A stretch of 64,000 bases of DNA from Chitinophaga pinensis (GCA_943372645.1 CALRZN010000005.1:202057-266056), one strand, 5' to 3'. Positions 18,855 through 29,076 are shown, counted from the first letter of the stretch. Numbers and translations: made by a program. Notes: generated by a model not told the origin, from the sequence alone.

Positions 18855-19601
18855 ATGGCGCTTTTCATGGCAATTGATCTGGGCAATACAACCGCCAAAG
18901 TGGGCGTGTTTAAAGGGACTACGCTGCTCCGTGTGAAAATTTTTCCGGAAGGCGCGTGGGACGAAATAACTGCTTTTTGCAGCACACAAAAAATTTCGGC
19001 AGCCATACTTGCATCGGTGGTAAAGCACCCGAAAGCCTTCGAAAAGGCACTTGCGGCCCGTTTTCCGTTGCTCGTTTTAAATCACAAAACACGCCTCCCG
19101 CTGTTAAATAAATACAAAACCCCGGAAACATTGGGCTATGATCGCCTCTCGGCAGCGGTGGGTGGCTGGCAACTGTTTCCTGATACGCCCGTCTTGGTTA
19201 TCGAAGCCGGAACCTGTGTGAAGTACGAAATTGTTTCCCGCAAGGGCGAATACCTGGGCGGCGCCATCGCGCCGGGACTGCAGATGCGTTTTGATGCGCT
19301 CCATCATTTTACGCAGAAACTGCCACAGGTAAGTCCTGCACCGAAAACGCCCGTGCCGGGCAACACCACCGAAAGCGCTATACGCTCCGGGGTGCAGCAC
19401 GGTATCGTGGCGGAAATAACGGGAATGATTGGTGTGTATCGCAAACAGTTTCCGGGTCTCCGGGTCGTTATGGGCGGCGGAAATGCGGCATTTTTGGCGA
19501 AGCAACTGAAAACACGCATCTTTGTGCGCCCAAATCTGGTACTGGAGGGGTTGAACGCTATTTTAAACTATAATGTTGAAAACGAATTTCTTGAAACGTA
19601 A
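18855..19601 (+). CDS. coaX: Type III pantothenate kinase
   Basis: MAIDLGNTTAKVG... actin-fold CoaX motifs. Confidence 0.85.
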   Translation: MALFMAIDLGNTTAKVGVFKGTTLLRVKIFPEGAWDEITAFCSTQKISAAILASVVKHPKAFEKALAARFPLLVLNHKTRLPLLNKYKTPETLGYDRLSAAVGGWQLFPDTPVLVIEAGTCVKYEIVSRKGEYLGGAIAPGLQMRFDALHHFTQKLPQVSPAPKTPVPGNTTESAIRSGVQHGIVAEITGMIGVYRKQFPGLRVVMGGGNAAFLAKQLKTRIFVRPNLVLEGLNAILNYNVENEFLET

Positions 19602-21102
19602 TCTCCTGCTGCTTGCACTGCTGGCTGTTTTCGGGTTGCATGCACAGACTACCAGTTCCCCTTATTCCCGCTACGGGCTCGGCGATTTCCAGTTCAACGG
19701 TTTTTCACAAAACCTGGGTATGGGCAGCGGCGGCATTGGTATGCGCAACGATTCACTGCTGGTGCAATACATCAACCTCTCGAATCCCGCATCGCTTACT
19801 TCCAATAACATTGTGGCATACGAAGTTGGTTTTCAGAGCAACACCACCATGCTGCAGAATGCCACCGACAAAGCCATCAGTAACCGCACCACGCTTTCAC
19901 ACATCGGTCTTGCATTTCCGGTAACTAAATGGTGGAGTGGCGCCATCGGCCTCGTGCCCTATACGTCTGTAGGTTATAACGTATCCAATACCGAAAACCG
20001 CGACACCATCGGCAGCGTTACTTATAAGTACGAAGGCAGCGGCGGTATCGGGCAGGTGTTTACAGCCCACGGTTTCCGCCCGTTTGCAGGCTCGCTGGTG
20101 CGTTACAAAAACAATGAAAAGTACGACCTGCTGCTTGCCAAAAACGATACGAATGCCATTCGCAAAGCCATCAACTTCCGCAACCAGCTTGCAAACATTT
20201 CGGTAGGTGCGCAGGTGTCGTACCTGTTCGGTTCGCTGAACAATGTACGCCGCGATATGTTTCCCGATTCGGCATTTATGCTGAATACACGGATTTCACG
20301 AAGCGCTATTGTTTCGGATGTATATGCGAGTTACGGTGTGCAATACCGTTACCGCTTCAAACAGGTGGTGAACCCGCAATACCGCAAACTGAAAAAAGAA
20401 GCCGATTCGCTGCTTTGCGGACATTCGCGGTTTAAAAATTATTTCATCCGCGATTCTGCCGGGGTGCCGTGCAAAGACACCATACCGTTTTGGGTAAAAG
20501 GCCGCGACGGTGTGCAGCTTACCTTCGGACTCGTGGGCGCACTGCCGATGCGTGTGCATACCACCAATTCGATTCTTGGTGTAACGTATAAACAAACCGG
20601 GACACTTGAATCGGTGCGCGATACCATTTACAGCCAGACCGATGCGGACGGAACCATACTGCTGCCGGCCATGTACGGCTTTGGCTTCGCGCTGAAAAAA
20701 GAATACAAGTGGCTGTTCCAGGCCGATTACGCCACGCAGCTGTGGGAAAATTTCGAATTCCTCGGAACAAAAACCAGCCTGCGCAACAGCCAGCGCGTTA
20801 CCGCGGGGTTCCAGTTTCAGCCGAAGAGCAACGACCGCCGCCATTATTTTTCAAATGTGCAGTACCGTGCCGGTTTCAAATTTTACCAGACGTATCTTGA
20901 GCTGAACGAAACGCGCCTCAACGAAATGAGTGTGTCGCTCGGTTTTGGTTTCCAGGTGCGCCAGATGTCGCGTATGAATCTCGGTATCGAACTCGGGCAG
21001 CGTGGCACCACAGCCAATTCGCTCATCAAAGAAAATTACGCACGCGTGGTGCTCGGTATCAGCCTTAACGATACCTGGTTCCAGCGTTTCCGCTACGATT
21101 AA
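19573..21102 (+). CDS. Putative outer-membrane beta-barrel protein (conserved coaX-lptC neighbourhood), unknown function
   Basis: Signal peptide MLKTNFLKRNLLLLALLAVFGLHAQ and a C-terminal ...FQRFRYD. It overlaps the coaX end by 29 nt. Confidence 0.65.
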   Translation: MLKTNFLKRNLLLLALLAVFGLHAQTTSSPYSRYGLGDFQFNGFSQNLGMGSGGIGMRNDSLLVQYINLSNPASLTSNNIVAYEVGFQSNTTMLQNATDKAISNRTTLSHIGLAFPVTKWWSGAIGLVPYTSVGYNVSNTENRDTIGSVTYKYEGSGGIGQVFTAHGFRPFAGSLVRYKNNEKYDLLLAKNDTNAIRKAINFRNQLANISVGAQVSYLFGSLNNVRRDMFPDSAFMLNTRISRSAIVSDVYASYGVQYRYRFKQVVNPQYRKLKKEADSLLCGHSRFKNYFIRDSAGVPCKDTIPFWVKGRDGVQLTFGLVGALPMRVHTTNSILGVTYKQTGTLESVRDTIYSQTDADGTILLPAMYGFGFALKKEYKWLFQADYATQLWENFEFLGTKTSLRNSQRVTAGFQFQPKSNDRRHYFSNVQYRAGFKFYQTYLELNETRLNEMSVSLGFGFQVRQMSRMNLGIELGQRGTTANSLIKENYARVVLGISLNDTWFQRFRYD

Positions 21103-21111
21103 TCGAACAAC

Positions 21112-21687
21112 ATGCGCAGCAACCGTGGATTTCGTTTCACCGGGATGGCAATGTTTGCATTGCTGCTGCTGTTTGCTGCCGGCTGTGAAAACGACCTGAA
21201 AGAAGTCCGCAATTTTACCCAGGGTAAAAAACTGCCATTGCAAACCGGGCAGGATATTGAAGTGCAATACAACGATTCCGGCAAAGTAAAAATCAAACTG
21301 AAAGCGCCGCAGGTGGACGAGTATGGTGGCAATGCACCCTATACCGAAATGCCGAAAGGGGTGAATGTGCAGTTTTTCGACGACAGCCTGAAAGTGAATA
21401 CATCGCTGCGCGCCAACTACGCCATACGCAAAGAACGTGAACGCTTTATGGAAGCGAAATACAATGTGGTGGTGGTAAATGTGAAAAACGAAAAGCTCGA
21501 AACCGAACACCTCGTGTGGGATGGTGCCAAACGCCGCATTTATACCAAGTCGAAAGTAACCATTACCACGGCCGACCAGATTACCATCGGTACCGGCCTC
21601 GAATCGGATGAGTTGTTTACCGACTACACGATTGAAAACGTCGAATCAATTATCACCCTCAAAGAAGGAGAGGAACCAGAGAAATGA
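21112..21687 (+). CDS. lptC: LptC-like LPS export protein (lipoprotein form)
   Basis: Lipobox LLFAAGC, size and position upstream of the ppiD-like chaperone. Confidence 0.55.
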   Translation: MRSNRGFRFTGMAMFALLLLFAAGCENDLKEVRNFTQGKKLPLQTGQDIEVQYNDSGKVKIKLKAPQVDEYGGNAPYTEMPKGVNVQFFDDSLKVNTSLRANYAIRKERERFMEAKYNVVVVNVKNEKLETEHLVWDGAKRRIYTKSKVTITTADQITIGTGLESDELFTDYTIENVESIITLKEGEEPEK

Positions 21688-21902
21688 AAAGTTATGTACG
21701 TATAAGTGAATACATGTGGCTGATGCTGGCCATAACCTGTGCCGGTTTTTCGTTTTATGAATTTGCAATTGTAAAACACAACGAGAACGGGTTGTATGCC
21801 ATCGGGTTCACCGTGCTGGCTTCGGCCATGTATGCACTGCGCCGCTCATTCCGCCGCAAAGTGGAAAAACATGCGCGGGAAACGGAGCAGAAAGGGCAGT
21901 AG
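21684..21902 (+). CDS. Small two-TM membrane protein, hypothetical
   Basis: ATGA overlap with the lptC stop. Hydrophobic. Confidence 0.35.
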   Translation: MKSYVRISEYMWLMLAITCAGFSFYEFAIVKHNENGLYAIGFTVLASAMYALRRSFRRKVEKHARETEQKGQ

Positions 21903-22057
21903 TGCCGTTTTACCGGTTTTTCCGGGATTTTCAAAAAAGCCCGTTTTTTAGCCATAAATCAATTTGTAATCAGCTGACAGCGAGTGTATTGAACTAAAAT
22001 TTTAATTATTTCCCGAAGGTTCGTATATTCGCGTCCCAATTAAAAATACGCATTGGT

Positions 22058-24274
22058 ATGACAGTTCTTGAACGCATCCGCAGCAGAGCGGGACTTTTGG
22101 TAGGTGTAATTATGCTGGCTTTGCTGGCTTTTATACTCGGTGATTTCCTTTCCGGTAGATACGGATCACGAGGCGGATCCAACGACATCGGCGTAATTGC
22201 CGGTCATGTGGTAAAAGCCCAGGAATGGCAGGACCGCGAGAATATTGCAACAAATGAGTTTGCTGCATTTCAGCGCCGCCAGCCGGTAGAAACCGATATG
22301 GAAAACATCCGCCAGCAGCTCTGGCAGGAAATGCTCGATAAATACATCTTCGAAGAAGGCGAATACGACAAGCTCGCGCTTGCACTTACCGACGACGAAC
22401 TCGCAGAAGAAATGCTGAGCAACCGCCCGAACCCGGTAATGCGCCAGGTATTTGGGAGCGGCCAGCAGGACCAGCGTATCAACCCGCAGTTTGCTGCTCC
22501 GGACGGATTTAACCTCGACATGAACCGCGTGCGCCAGTATGTAAAATCGCTGAGCCCGGATAAAGAAGAATCGAAAGACCAGTACTACCGCTGGATCAAT
22601 ACCGAGAAAGCGGTGCGCAAGTACCTGCACCAGCAGAAATATTACAACCTGATCAAAAAGGCGATTTATGTTACGGCTTCGCAGGCCAAGATGGAGCACA
22701 ATGCAGACAGCACGCTTTACACCTTGAAATTTGTGATGAAACGTTATGCTGAAATTGCTGACTCTACCATTAAAGTAAGCGACGAAGAAGCAAAAGCGTA
22801 TTACGACAAGAACCTGTACAAGTTCAAGGAAAAAGAAAACAAACGCAGCATGGATTATGTGGCGTTTGATATCTTCCCGTCAACTGCTGACATTGAAAAT
22901 GTAAAAAACAAAATGAGTGTGTTTGCTACCAAACTGCAGGCACAGAAAACACTCCGCGACGATACCATCCTCGTAAGCCAGGAAGGACTGAACATGACCG
23001 AGCAGAAGTTTTCGCCCGGACAGTTTCCGCTCGGCCAGGATTCGGCGTTCCTGAAAACACCGGTTGGCGGTGTGGTAGGCCCGATACAGATGGGTGAAAA
23101 CCTGAACATCTATAAAGTACGTTCAAACCGTATGCTGGCTGACTCGGGCCGCGTGCGTCATATTCTTATTTCGTACCAGGGTGCTGGTGGCGGCGGAAAC
23201 GCACGTACCAAAGACCAGGCGAAAAAACTTGCTGACAGCCTTGTTGCCGTGATCAAAAAAGGAACGAAGATGGAAACGCTGGTGGAAAAATACACCGACG
23301 ATCCGGGTTCGAAACCGCAGCCGGATTCGCCGGATGAGAAAATGAAAAAAGGAAACAAAGGTGACTATGGCTTTATCAAAAACAACGGCCAGATGGTTGC
23401 GGAATTTACCGAATACGCACTCACCAAAAAAGTAGGTGAAACCGCTGTAGTGGAAACACAGTTTGGCTACCACGTAATGCAGTGCCTCGAACGTGCGAAA
23501 ACCGAGAAACCGGAAATGAAAGTGGCCGTGATCGAAAAACCGATCGAAGCCAGCGACGCTACCATTAACGAAGTATATAACAAAGCCAGCGAGTTTGCAC
23601 TGAAAAATGCAACCGGTGAAGCGTTTGCCGCAGCCATCAAGAAAGACAACCTGAACAAAATTATGGCCCCGGATATCGTGGAGGCAGCGCCCCAGATCAA
23701 TGGCATCCAGGAAGGCTCGAAGCCGGTGGTGAAATGGCTGTTCGGTGAAGAAACCGAAAAAGGTGCTGTATCGCAGCCGTTCATGGTTGGCAAACGTTAT
23801 ATCGTTTGTGCACTCACTGCCGTTAAAGACAAAGGCTACAAATCACTCGAAGATTCACGCACCATTATTGATGTGGAAGTACGCAAAGAAAAGAAAGCAG
23901 CCATGTTTGTTGATCAGCTCAACAAACAGAAAGGTGCTACCATTGATGCGTATGCCGCAAATCTGAAAATGAGTGTGATGGCTTCGCCGAACGTTACCTT
24001 CACCAACCCGAACCTGCTCGGTGCAGGACCGGAAGGCGATGTGGTAGGCAAATTAGCCAATATGAAAAAAGGCCAGCTTACCGGCCCGATCATTGGCAAC
24101 ACCGGTGTGTACGTTGTTTACATCGAAGATGTGAAAGCCGCCGGCGAACTGAAAAACGTAAAAGCAAAACAAACCAACCTGATGATGCGCAACGTGTACA
24201 GCGTAGAAGGTTCTGCTTACGACGTTCTGAAAGAAAACGCCGACATCACCGACAACCGGTCGAAGATTTTTTAA
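22058..24274 (+). CDS. ppiD: Periplasmic chaperone / peptidyl-prolyl cis-trans isomerase PpiD-like (SurA-type)
   Basis: N-terminal TM anchor, SurA_N-like region and parvulin-like FGYHVMQ motif. 738 aa. Confidence 0.8.
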   Translation: MTVLERIRSRAGLLVGVIMLALLAFILGDFLSGRYGSRGGSNDIGVIAGHVVKAQEWQDRENIATNEFAAFQRRQPVETDMENIRQQLWQEMLDKYIFEEGEYDKLALALTDDELAEEMLSNRPNPVMRQVFGSGQQDQRINPQFAAPDGFNLDMNRVRQYVKSLSPDKEESKDQYYRWINTEKAVRKYLHQQKYYNLIKKAIYVTASQAKMEHNADSTLYTLKFVMKRYAEIADSTIKVSDEEAKAYYDKNLYKFKEKENKRSMDYVAFDIFPSTADIENVKNKMSVFATKLQAQKTLRDDTILVSQEGLNMTEQKFSPGQFPLGQDSAFLKTPVGGVVGPIQMGENLNIYKVRSNRMLADSGRVRHILISYQGAGGGGNARTKDQAKKLADSLVAVIKKGTKMETLVEKYTDDPGSKPQPDSPDEKMKKGNKGDYGFIKNNGQMVAEFTEYALTKKVGETAVVETQFGYHVMQCLERAKTEKPEMKVAVIEKPIEASDATINEVYNKASEFALKNATGEAFAAAIKKDNLNKIMAPDIVEAAPQINGIQEGSKPVVKWLFGEETEKGAVSQPFMVGKRYIVCALTAVKDKGYKSLEDSRTIIDVEVRKEKKAAMFVDQLNKQKGATIDAYAANLKMSVMASPNVTFTNPNLLGAGPEGDVVGKLANMKKGQLTGPIIGNTGVYVVYIEDVKAAGELKNVKAKQTNLMMRNVYSVEGSAYDVLKENADITDNRSKIF

Positions 24275-24299
24275 AACCTGATGTGATTCAGGACTCCTT

Positions 24300-24333
24300 A
24301 AAAAGGCCGCACCGAAAGGAGCGGCCTTTTTTG
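24300..24333 (+). terminator. Bidirectional intrinsic terminator after ppiD
   Basis: aaaaaggccgcacc-gaaa-ggagcggcc-tttttt. Confidence 0.55.
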
Positions 24334-24377
24334 TGCGTTGTGAAATGGAGTCAAGTATGTTTTTAGAATTGAAATAA

Positions 24378-24521
24378 GCGGGCTGTCAGTTCGAGTGCCG
24401 TGTGCGCGGGAAAGTGCAATGGCAGGTGTATCGAGAACGTGTGCAGGCTGCCCGGCGCACGTTCTCGATACATTTCTTACTGATGAAAAATCAGTAAGAA
24501 ACACTCGAACTGACTGCCCGC
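24378..24521. repeat. Complex nested palindromic repeat element (R1; GTCAGTTCGAG / TCGAGAAC family)
   Basis: Outer 20-bp inverted repeat gcgggctgtcagttcgagtg / cactcgaactgactgcccgc. Inner inverted repeats tatcgagaacgtg/cacgttctcgata and ttcttactga-tgaaaaa-tcagtaagaa. Related to the element at 57235-57362. Confidence 0.6.
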
Positions 24522-24676
24522 AAATCAACAAAACAGATTACAAAATTAATGGTGCCTTTTCAGTGTCATTTCTTCCTGAAGAACGTGATTGTATTTCAGC
24601 GGAGACTTTTTCAGCAGACCCTAATTATGTCCCCAAAGTCCCACCCACCGCTAACTTGACATGTAAACAATCAACC

Positions 24677-25558
24677 TCACTTCTTGGTAACCAGCCACAC
24701 CCCGCAAAGAATAACGGCGATAAAAAGTACGTGGTAAAGTGTAATGGCTTCGTGCTCAAATACGCCCCACAGCACCGCCACAATCGGAATGGCATACGTA
24801 ACCGATGCTGCGAATAAAATGCCGGCCTGTTTAATCAGCAGGTTGTAAACGATAACCGACAGCGCCGTTCCGAAAATGGCAAGTATGGCCACATACCCGA
24901 GCGCCTGCCAGGCCAGCGGGTTTTGCATGCGGGTCAGAAAATCAGTAGTGAACAGGTAAACACCCGCCGGAGGTCCTACAAACAGCAGCATCCAGATGGT
25001 GGCCGCCACAGCGTTTACATTGCCCAGTTTCGAGCGGATGATGTTTACGCTGATGCCGTAACAAAATGTGGCAATTACCACCAGCGCACTGTACCAGAGG
25101 TGTGTGTTGCTGCCTTCGTCTTTACTTACGAGCATAAGCCCCACCGCACCTGCCAGGCCGATGATTAAACCGATAACCTGGTAACGCTGCGGTTTCGAAC
25201 GGAAGTAAATTATACTGATCAGCAGCGTAAACACCGGGGTAAGCGAATTGAGCATGCCGGTAAGCGAACTGGTGATGCCGGTTTCGGCAGCGGTAAACAA
25301 AAACGCCGGAATAAGGCTTCCGAAAACCCCCGAGCCCAGGTACCCCGGCCAGTACTGAAACTGGTCTTTGCGCAGGTAGCGGAAACTGAGCGGAAGCACA
25401 AACACGAAGGCAATAAACAAACGCAGTGCGGCCACCTGGTTGCTCGAAAACACTTCGAGGCCGCGTTTCATAAGGATAAACGAACTGCCCCACGTAAGCG
25501 CAAGGCCTGTGAAAATAATCCAGTGAAGTAAAACGTGATCGGCCTTTTTTTCGCTCAT
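24677..25558 (-). CDS. EamA/DMT-family transporter
   Basis: Ten TM segments, two EamA repeats. Start trimmed to MSEKKADHV at 25558. Confidence 0.8.
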   Translation of the reverse strand: MSEKKADHVLLHWIIFTGLALTWGSSFILMKRGLEVFSSNQVAALRLFIAFVFVLPLSFRYLRKDQFQYWPGYLGSGVFGSLIPAFLFTAAETGITSSLTGMLNSLTPVFTLLISIIYFRSKPQRYQVIGLIIGLAGAVGLMLVSKDEGSNTHLWYSALVVIATFCYGISVNIIRSKLGNVNAVAATIWMLLFVGPPAGVYLFTTDFLTRMQNPLAWQALGYVAILAIFGTALSVIVYNLLIKQAGILFAASVTYAIPIVAVLWGVFEHEAITLYHVLFIAVILCGVWLVTKK

Positions 25559-25609
25559 GAAGCGGCAAAGATACAATCCGCCCTACATTACCCCTGCGGC
25601 AATACTGTT

Positions 25610-25617
25610 TATATTTG
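25610..25617 (+). promoter_or_regulatory. Candidate -7 element TAtaTTTG upstream of HMA-ALDH operon
   Basis: tatatttg lies 15 nt upstream of the ATG at 25633. Confidence 0.3.
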
Positions 25618-25632
25618 TAAAAAAATAAAATC

Positions 25633-25854
25633 ATGGCACAGCAAACCATTTCCCTCCGCATTACCGGTATGAGCTGCGGACACTGCGAAAAATCAGTGCA
25701 TACGGCGCTTACCACACTGGCCGGCGTTTCCAACGCGGAAGTGGATCACAAGGCAGGAACCGCAACGGTTGTATATGATGATGCACAGGTTACCCCGGCA
25801 CAGCTTATTGCCGCGGTTAACGAAACATACATTTACGAGGCAACCGCAGCATAA
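25633..25854 (+). CDS. Heavy-metal-associated (HMA) domain protein, CopZ-like metallochaperone
   Basis: GMSCGHC metal-binding motif. 73 aa. Confidence 0.85.
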   Translation: MAQQTISLRITGMSCGHCEKSVHTALTTLAGVSNAEVDHKAGTATVVYDDAQVTPAQLIAAVNETYIYEATAA

Positions 25855-27276
25855 ATGACAACGCAGGCGGTTTACCCCATTTATTGCGGCGGAACATTTG
25901 TCACCACAGCCCATGTGCTGGAGGTGATCAACCCGTTTACCGGTAACGTATTTGCAACCACCAGCCTCGCCGGACCGGCAGAACTGGAAACAGCAATTAT
26001 TGCCGCACAGGCGGTGCAGCAGCAACTGAAAACAATGCCGTCGTACAAACGCGCTGCGATATTACACCAGGTAGCGGCCGCACTCACCGCGCAGCGCGAA
26101 CGCCTTGCTGCCGTACTTTGTGCGGAGTCGGGTAAACCGATGCGTTATGCCCTTGCTGAAATTGACCGCGCGTCACAAACCTTTACGGTTGCGGCTGAAG
26201 AATGTAAACGCATTCCGCGCGAGTACCTGTCGCTCGACTGGACCCCGGCGGGCGAAAATCGCGAAGGCTTTGTAAAATATTTCCCGGTCGGCCTTGTGGC
26301 TGGTATTGCGCCGTTTAATTTTCCGCTCAACCTGGCCGTGCATAAAATTGCGCCGGCCATTGCCGCAGGCTGTCCGATCATTTTAAAACCGGCTTCTTCA
26401 ACACCGCTTTCTACGCTGGAACTGGCGAAAATACTGGATGAAACCGCACTCCCGAAAGGCGCTGTTTCTGTTTTGCCGATGGATCGCACAAGTGGCAACC
26501 AATTAGTCACTGACGAACGTTTTAAGCTGCTCACGTTTACCGGTTCACCCGAAGTGGGCTGGAAGATGAAACAAAATGCAGGCAAGAAAAAAACAGTGCT
26601 TGAACTCGGCGGCAATGCGGGCGTGATTGTTACACCTACATGCAACCTGGAAAAAACAGTTGCAAAATGCCTCGTAGGTGCGTTTGCGTACTCGGGGCAG
26701 ATATGTATTCATGCGCAACGTTTTTTTGTACACGAAAGCATATTCGATGCATTTGTGTCAGCGATGAAATCCGGTGCCGAAAAATTAGTCATCGGCGATC
26801 CCGCAGATCCGGCAACAGAAATGGGCGTGATGATTGACGAAACAAATGCAGTACGCGTTGAAGCGTGGGTGAATGCAGCAGTTGCTTCCGGCGCAAAGGT
26901 GTTGTGCGGTGGAAAACGCAGCGGCAGCTATTACGCACCTACCATACTCACCAACACCAGCGCAACAATGCAGGTGTGCGCCGAAGAAATTTTCGGGCCG
27001 GTGATTACCATTGAACGGTACAGCACATTTGAAGAAGCCGTTCACGGCATCAACAATACCCGCTTCGGATTGCAGGCCGGTGTGTTTTCTAACGATGCGG
27101 CAGAAATCAACAACGCATTTGAGCAGCTCGAAGTGGGCGGCGTAATCGTAAATGATGTGCCTACTTTCCGCGTAGATCACATGCCCTACGGCGGCGTAAA
27201 AGATTCAGGCCAGGGCCGCGAAGGCGTACGCTATGCCATGCTTGATATGCTGGAACCAAGGTTGCTGGTGAAATAG
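25855..27276 (+). CDS. Aldehyde dehydrogenase family protein
   Basis: Full ALDH fold (GGNAGVIV, ELGG, catalytic Cys in GQICIH). Its ATG directly abuts the HMA gene's TAA. Confidence 0.9.
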   Translation: MTTQAVYPIYCGGTFVTTAHVLEVINPFTGNVFATTSLAGPAELETAIIAAQAVQQQLKTMPSYKRAAILHQVAAALTAQRERLAAVLCAESGKPMRYALAEIDRASQTFTVAAEECKRIPREYLSLDWTPAGENREGFVKYFPVGLVAGIAPFNFPLNLAVHKIAPAIAAGCPIILKPASSTPLSTLELAKILDETALPKGAVSVLPMDRTSGNQLVTDERFKLLTFTGSPEVGWKMKQNAGKKKTVLELGGNAGVIVTPTCNLEKTVAKCLVGAFAYSGQICIHAQRFFVHESIFDAFVSAMKSGAEKLVIGDPADPATEMGVMIDETNAVRVEAWVNAAVASGAKVLCGGKRSGSYYAPTILTNTSATMQVCAEEIFGPVITIERYSTFEEAVHGINNTRFGLQAGVFSNDAAEINNAFEQLEVGGVIVNDVPTFRVDHMPYGGVKDSGQGREGVRYAMLDMLEPRLLVK

Positions 27277-27331
27277 GATCTTCTAAAGTAGCTTCTCGTT
27301 CAGTAAAGTTCCTTTAAAACAGATTGTAAAA

Positions 27332-27438
27332 TAAGTGGCAGTGGCAGTTGGCAATGGCAGTCGGCAAGTGTTTCAGAAAATGAATCTGTTCCATAATAAC
27401 ACAGGACTGCCACTGCCAACTGCCACTGCCACTAAGTG
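27332..27438. repeat. Palindromic repeat element R2 (GGCAGT-unit arms)
   Basis: Left arm agtggcagtggcagttggcaatggcagtc and right arm gactgccactgccaactgccactgccactaa. The 31-nt right arm is an exact reverse complement of the arm at 45178-45208. Confidence 0.65.
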
Positions 27439-27467
27439 TAAGATGTCTGCTATAAAAGATCCTATAA

Positions 27468-29057
27468 TCACTGCAACTGGTACAACCGCCCCATCACCGA
27501 ATCCAGGCGCAGCGTGCTGTTCTGCAGCAGGTACAGGCGGGGTTCTTCGCGCAGCGTTTTGAAATTGCCGCTGTTGATCCATTCTTCCGGGATGTGATCC
27601 GGTTTTCTTCCGGCGATTAGAATGCGGTTATAGATTTTCGGTTTTACTTCGGGCAGCAGCCAGAAACGGCGCTCGAAATTATACGTGCAGTTGGGCTGAA
27701 AATCCGGGTGCAGCAGTTCTGTTCCCGTTGTCATAAGCTGTGCGCTGCCCGTAGTAACATACTGCGCGGGATCGCCGCCGAAAACGGAAACTACAAAATC
27801 AGCGCGTTCGGTTTTTGCGGTTTTGTAAACCACGTCTGTAATAAAATGCACATGTTCCATACGATACGCACCCACCGGCAGGTTGCGGCTGTAAGCCAGG
27901 GCATGTTCATCGGTATGCGGATAATAAAACACCTTGAACAGCAGCGAAGCGCCAACTGCAAAAGCCAGCAGACCCAACGCAGGTTTGTTTTTCCAACGGC
28001 CGATAAAACACGAGGCGGTGATAACAGCAAGCACAAGCGGGTAAGCAAGAAAGTGCCGCGACTCACAATAAAACGGGCTGATGCTGCCATCCTGCACTTT
28101 CGGATAACCGAAGGCAAGCAGCGTAAGCAGCAAGGTAACAAGCAGTGCAACTGCTTCGCGCCATGCTTTGCGGAAAAAGAGCCAGCCGGTAAGCAGCACC
28201 AGTGCAATAACAATCACCGAGCCCGTATGCCAGGCCAGTGGCGCGAGGTACATAAACAGGAAATCGAGGCGCTGCAATGCTTCCGGAATCAATTCGGCCG
28301 GATGAAACTCCATACGCCAGTCGAACACTGTGTGCACAAACACCTGCTGATGTGTGGCAATAAAATGTTCCGCATAGAAATAAAGTAACACCGCCGGAAG
28401 CACACCCGCCAGCATACGCACATAATACATCCGCTCACGCATGCGCGGCCACGTGTGCAGCAACAGCAACGGCACAGCAAACAAAACCGCGCCCGGGTTG
28501 ATTACAACCGCAAGTCCTGCAAACAGCGCGTACAGCCCGTCGGCCAGCCAGCGGTTGCGCAGTTCCGAAACAAGCGGCAGCATCCCGAGAAAAAAAAGTC
28601 CGTTGATAAAACCGCGCGGCATACTCGTCATCATGCCCCATTCCGGCGGAAGCAATAACGGGATTGCAAGAATAAAGCATGCACCAAAAACATGACCCTG
28701 TTTCCGGTAATAACGTGCGAACGTATAAAACGGAAACAGGGCCATCAGGGAAGTAACAAGCGGTAATGCGATGTGATACGGAACGCCGCACCAGGCAAGC
28801 GGAACAGCGCCAAGCGATTCGGTGGTGAAATTGTAATCCTGCCCGTACATAAACGGACCGTGTGTTTCACCGTGTGCAAAATCGCGTGCGGCTAACCAGA
28901 AAAAAAGATCGTCGTTGGTGGTCCACTGAAACGCAAAGAGGAGGAGTACCAGCACGCGTTCGGCAATGAGCAATACGAGCAGCAACCGGAATAAATTCCT
29001 GTACAGGTTGTCTGTATTAACGGTTGTGTTAATCGTACTGTGTTGCAATGCTGACAC
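27468..29057 (-). CDS. Polytopic membrane protein, GT-C-like (ArnT/PMT-type glycosyltransferase-like)
   Basis: At least 10 TM helices over the N-terminal 400 aa plus a soluble C-terminal domain. Family call is tentative. Confidence 0.55.
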   Translation of the reverse strand: MSALQHSTINTTVNTDNLYRNLFRLLLVLLIAERVLVLLLFAFQWTTNDDLFFWLAARDFAHGETHGPFMYGQDYNFTTESLGAVPLAWCGVPYHIALPLVTSLMALFPFYTFARYYRKQGHVFGACFILAIPLLLPPEWGMMTSMPRGFINGLFFLGMLPLVSELRNRWLADGLYALFAGLAVVINPGAVLFAVPLLLLHTWPRMRERMYYVRMLAGVLPAVLLYFYAEHFIATHQQVFVHTVFDWRMEFHPAELIPEALQRLDFLFMYLAPLAWHTGSVIVIALVLLTGWLFFRKAWREAVALLVTLLLTLLAFGYPKVQDGSISPFYCESRHFLAYPLVLAVITASCFIGRWKNKPALGLLAFAVGASLLFKVFYYPHTDEHALAYSRNLPVGAYRMEHVHFITDVVYKTAKTERADFVVSVFGGDPAQYVTTGSAQLMTTGTELLHPDFQPNCTYNFERRFWLLPEVKPKIYNRILIAGRKPDHIPEEWINSGNFKTLREEPRLYLLQNSTLRLDSVMGRLYQLQ

Positions 29058-29076
29058 TTCAGTTGTTTAACTGCAG

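Noticed and set aside
20296-20844. 182-aa minus-strand ORF inside the coaX-adjacent OMP gene
   Set aside because: Antisense shadow ORF with no homology.
24298-24817. ORFs 24298-24531 (-) and 24395-24817 (+) in the ppiD-eamA gap
   Set aside because: They lie entirely within or across the nested palindromic element and an AT-rich spacer. The palindrome generates mirrored pseudo-ORFs on both strands. They have no homology and a low-complexity translation.
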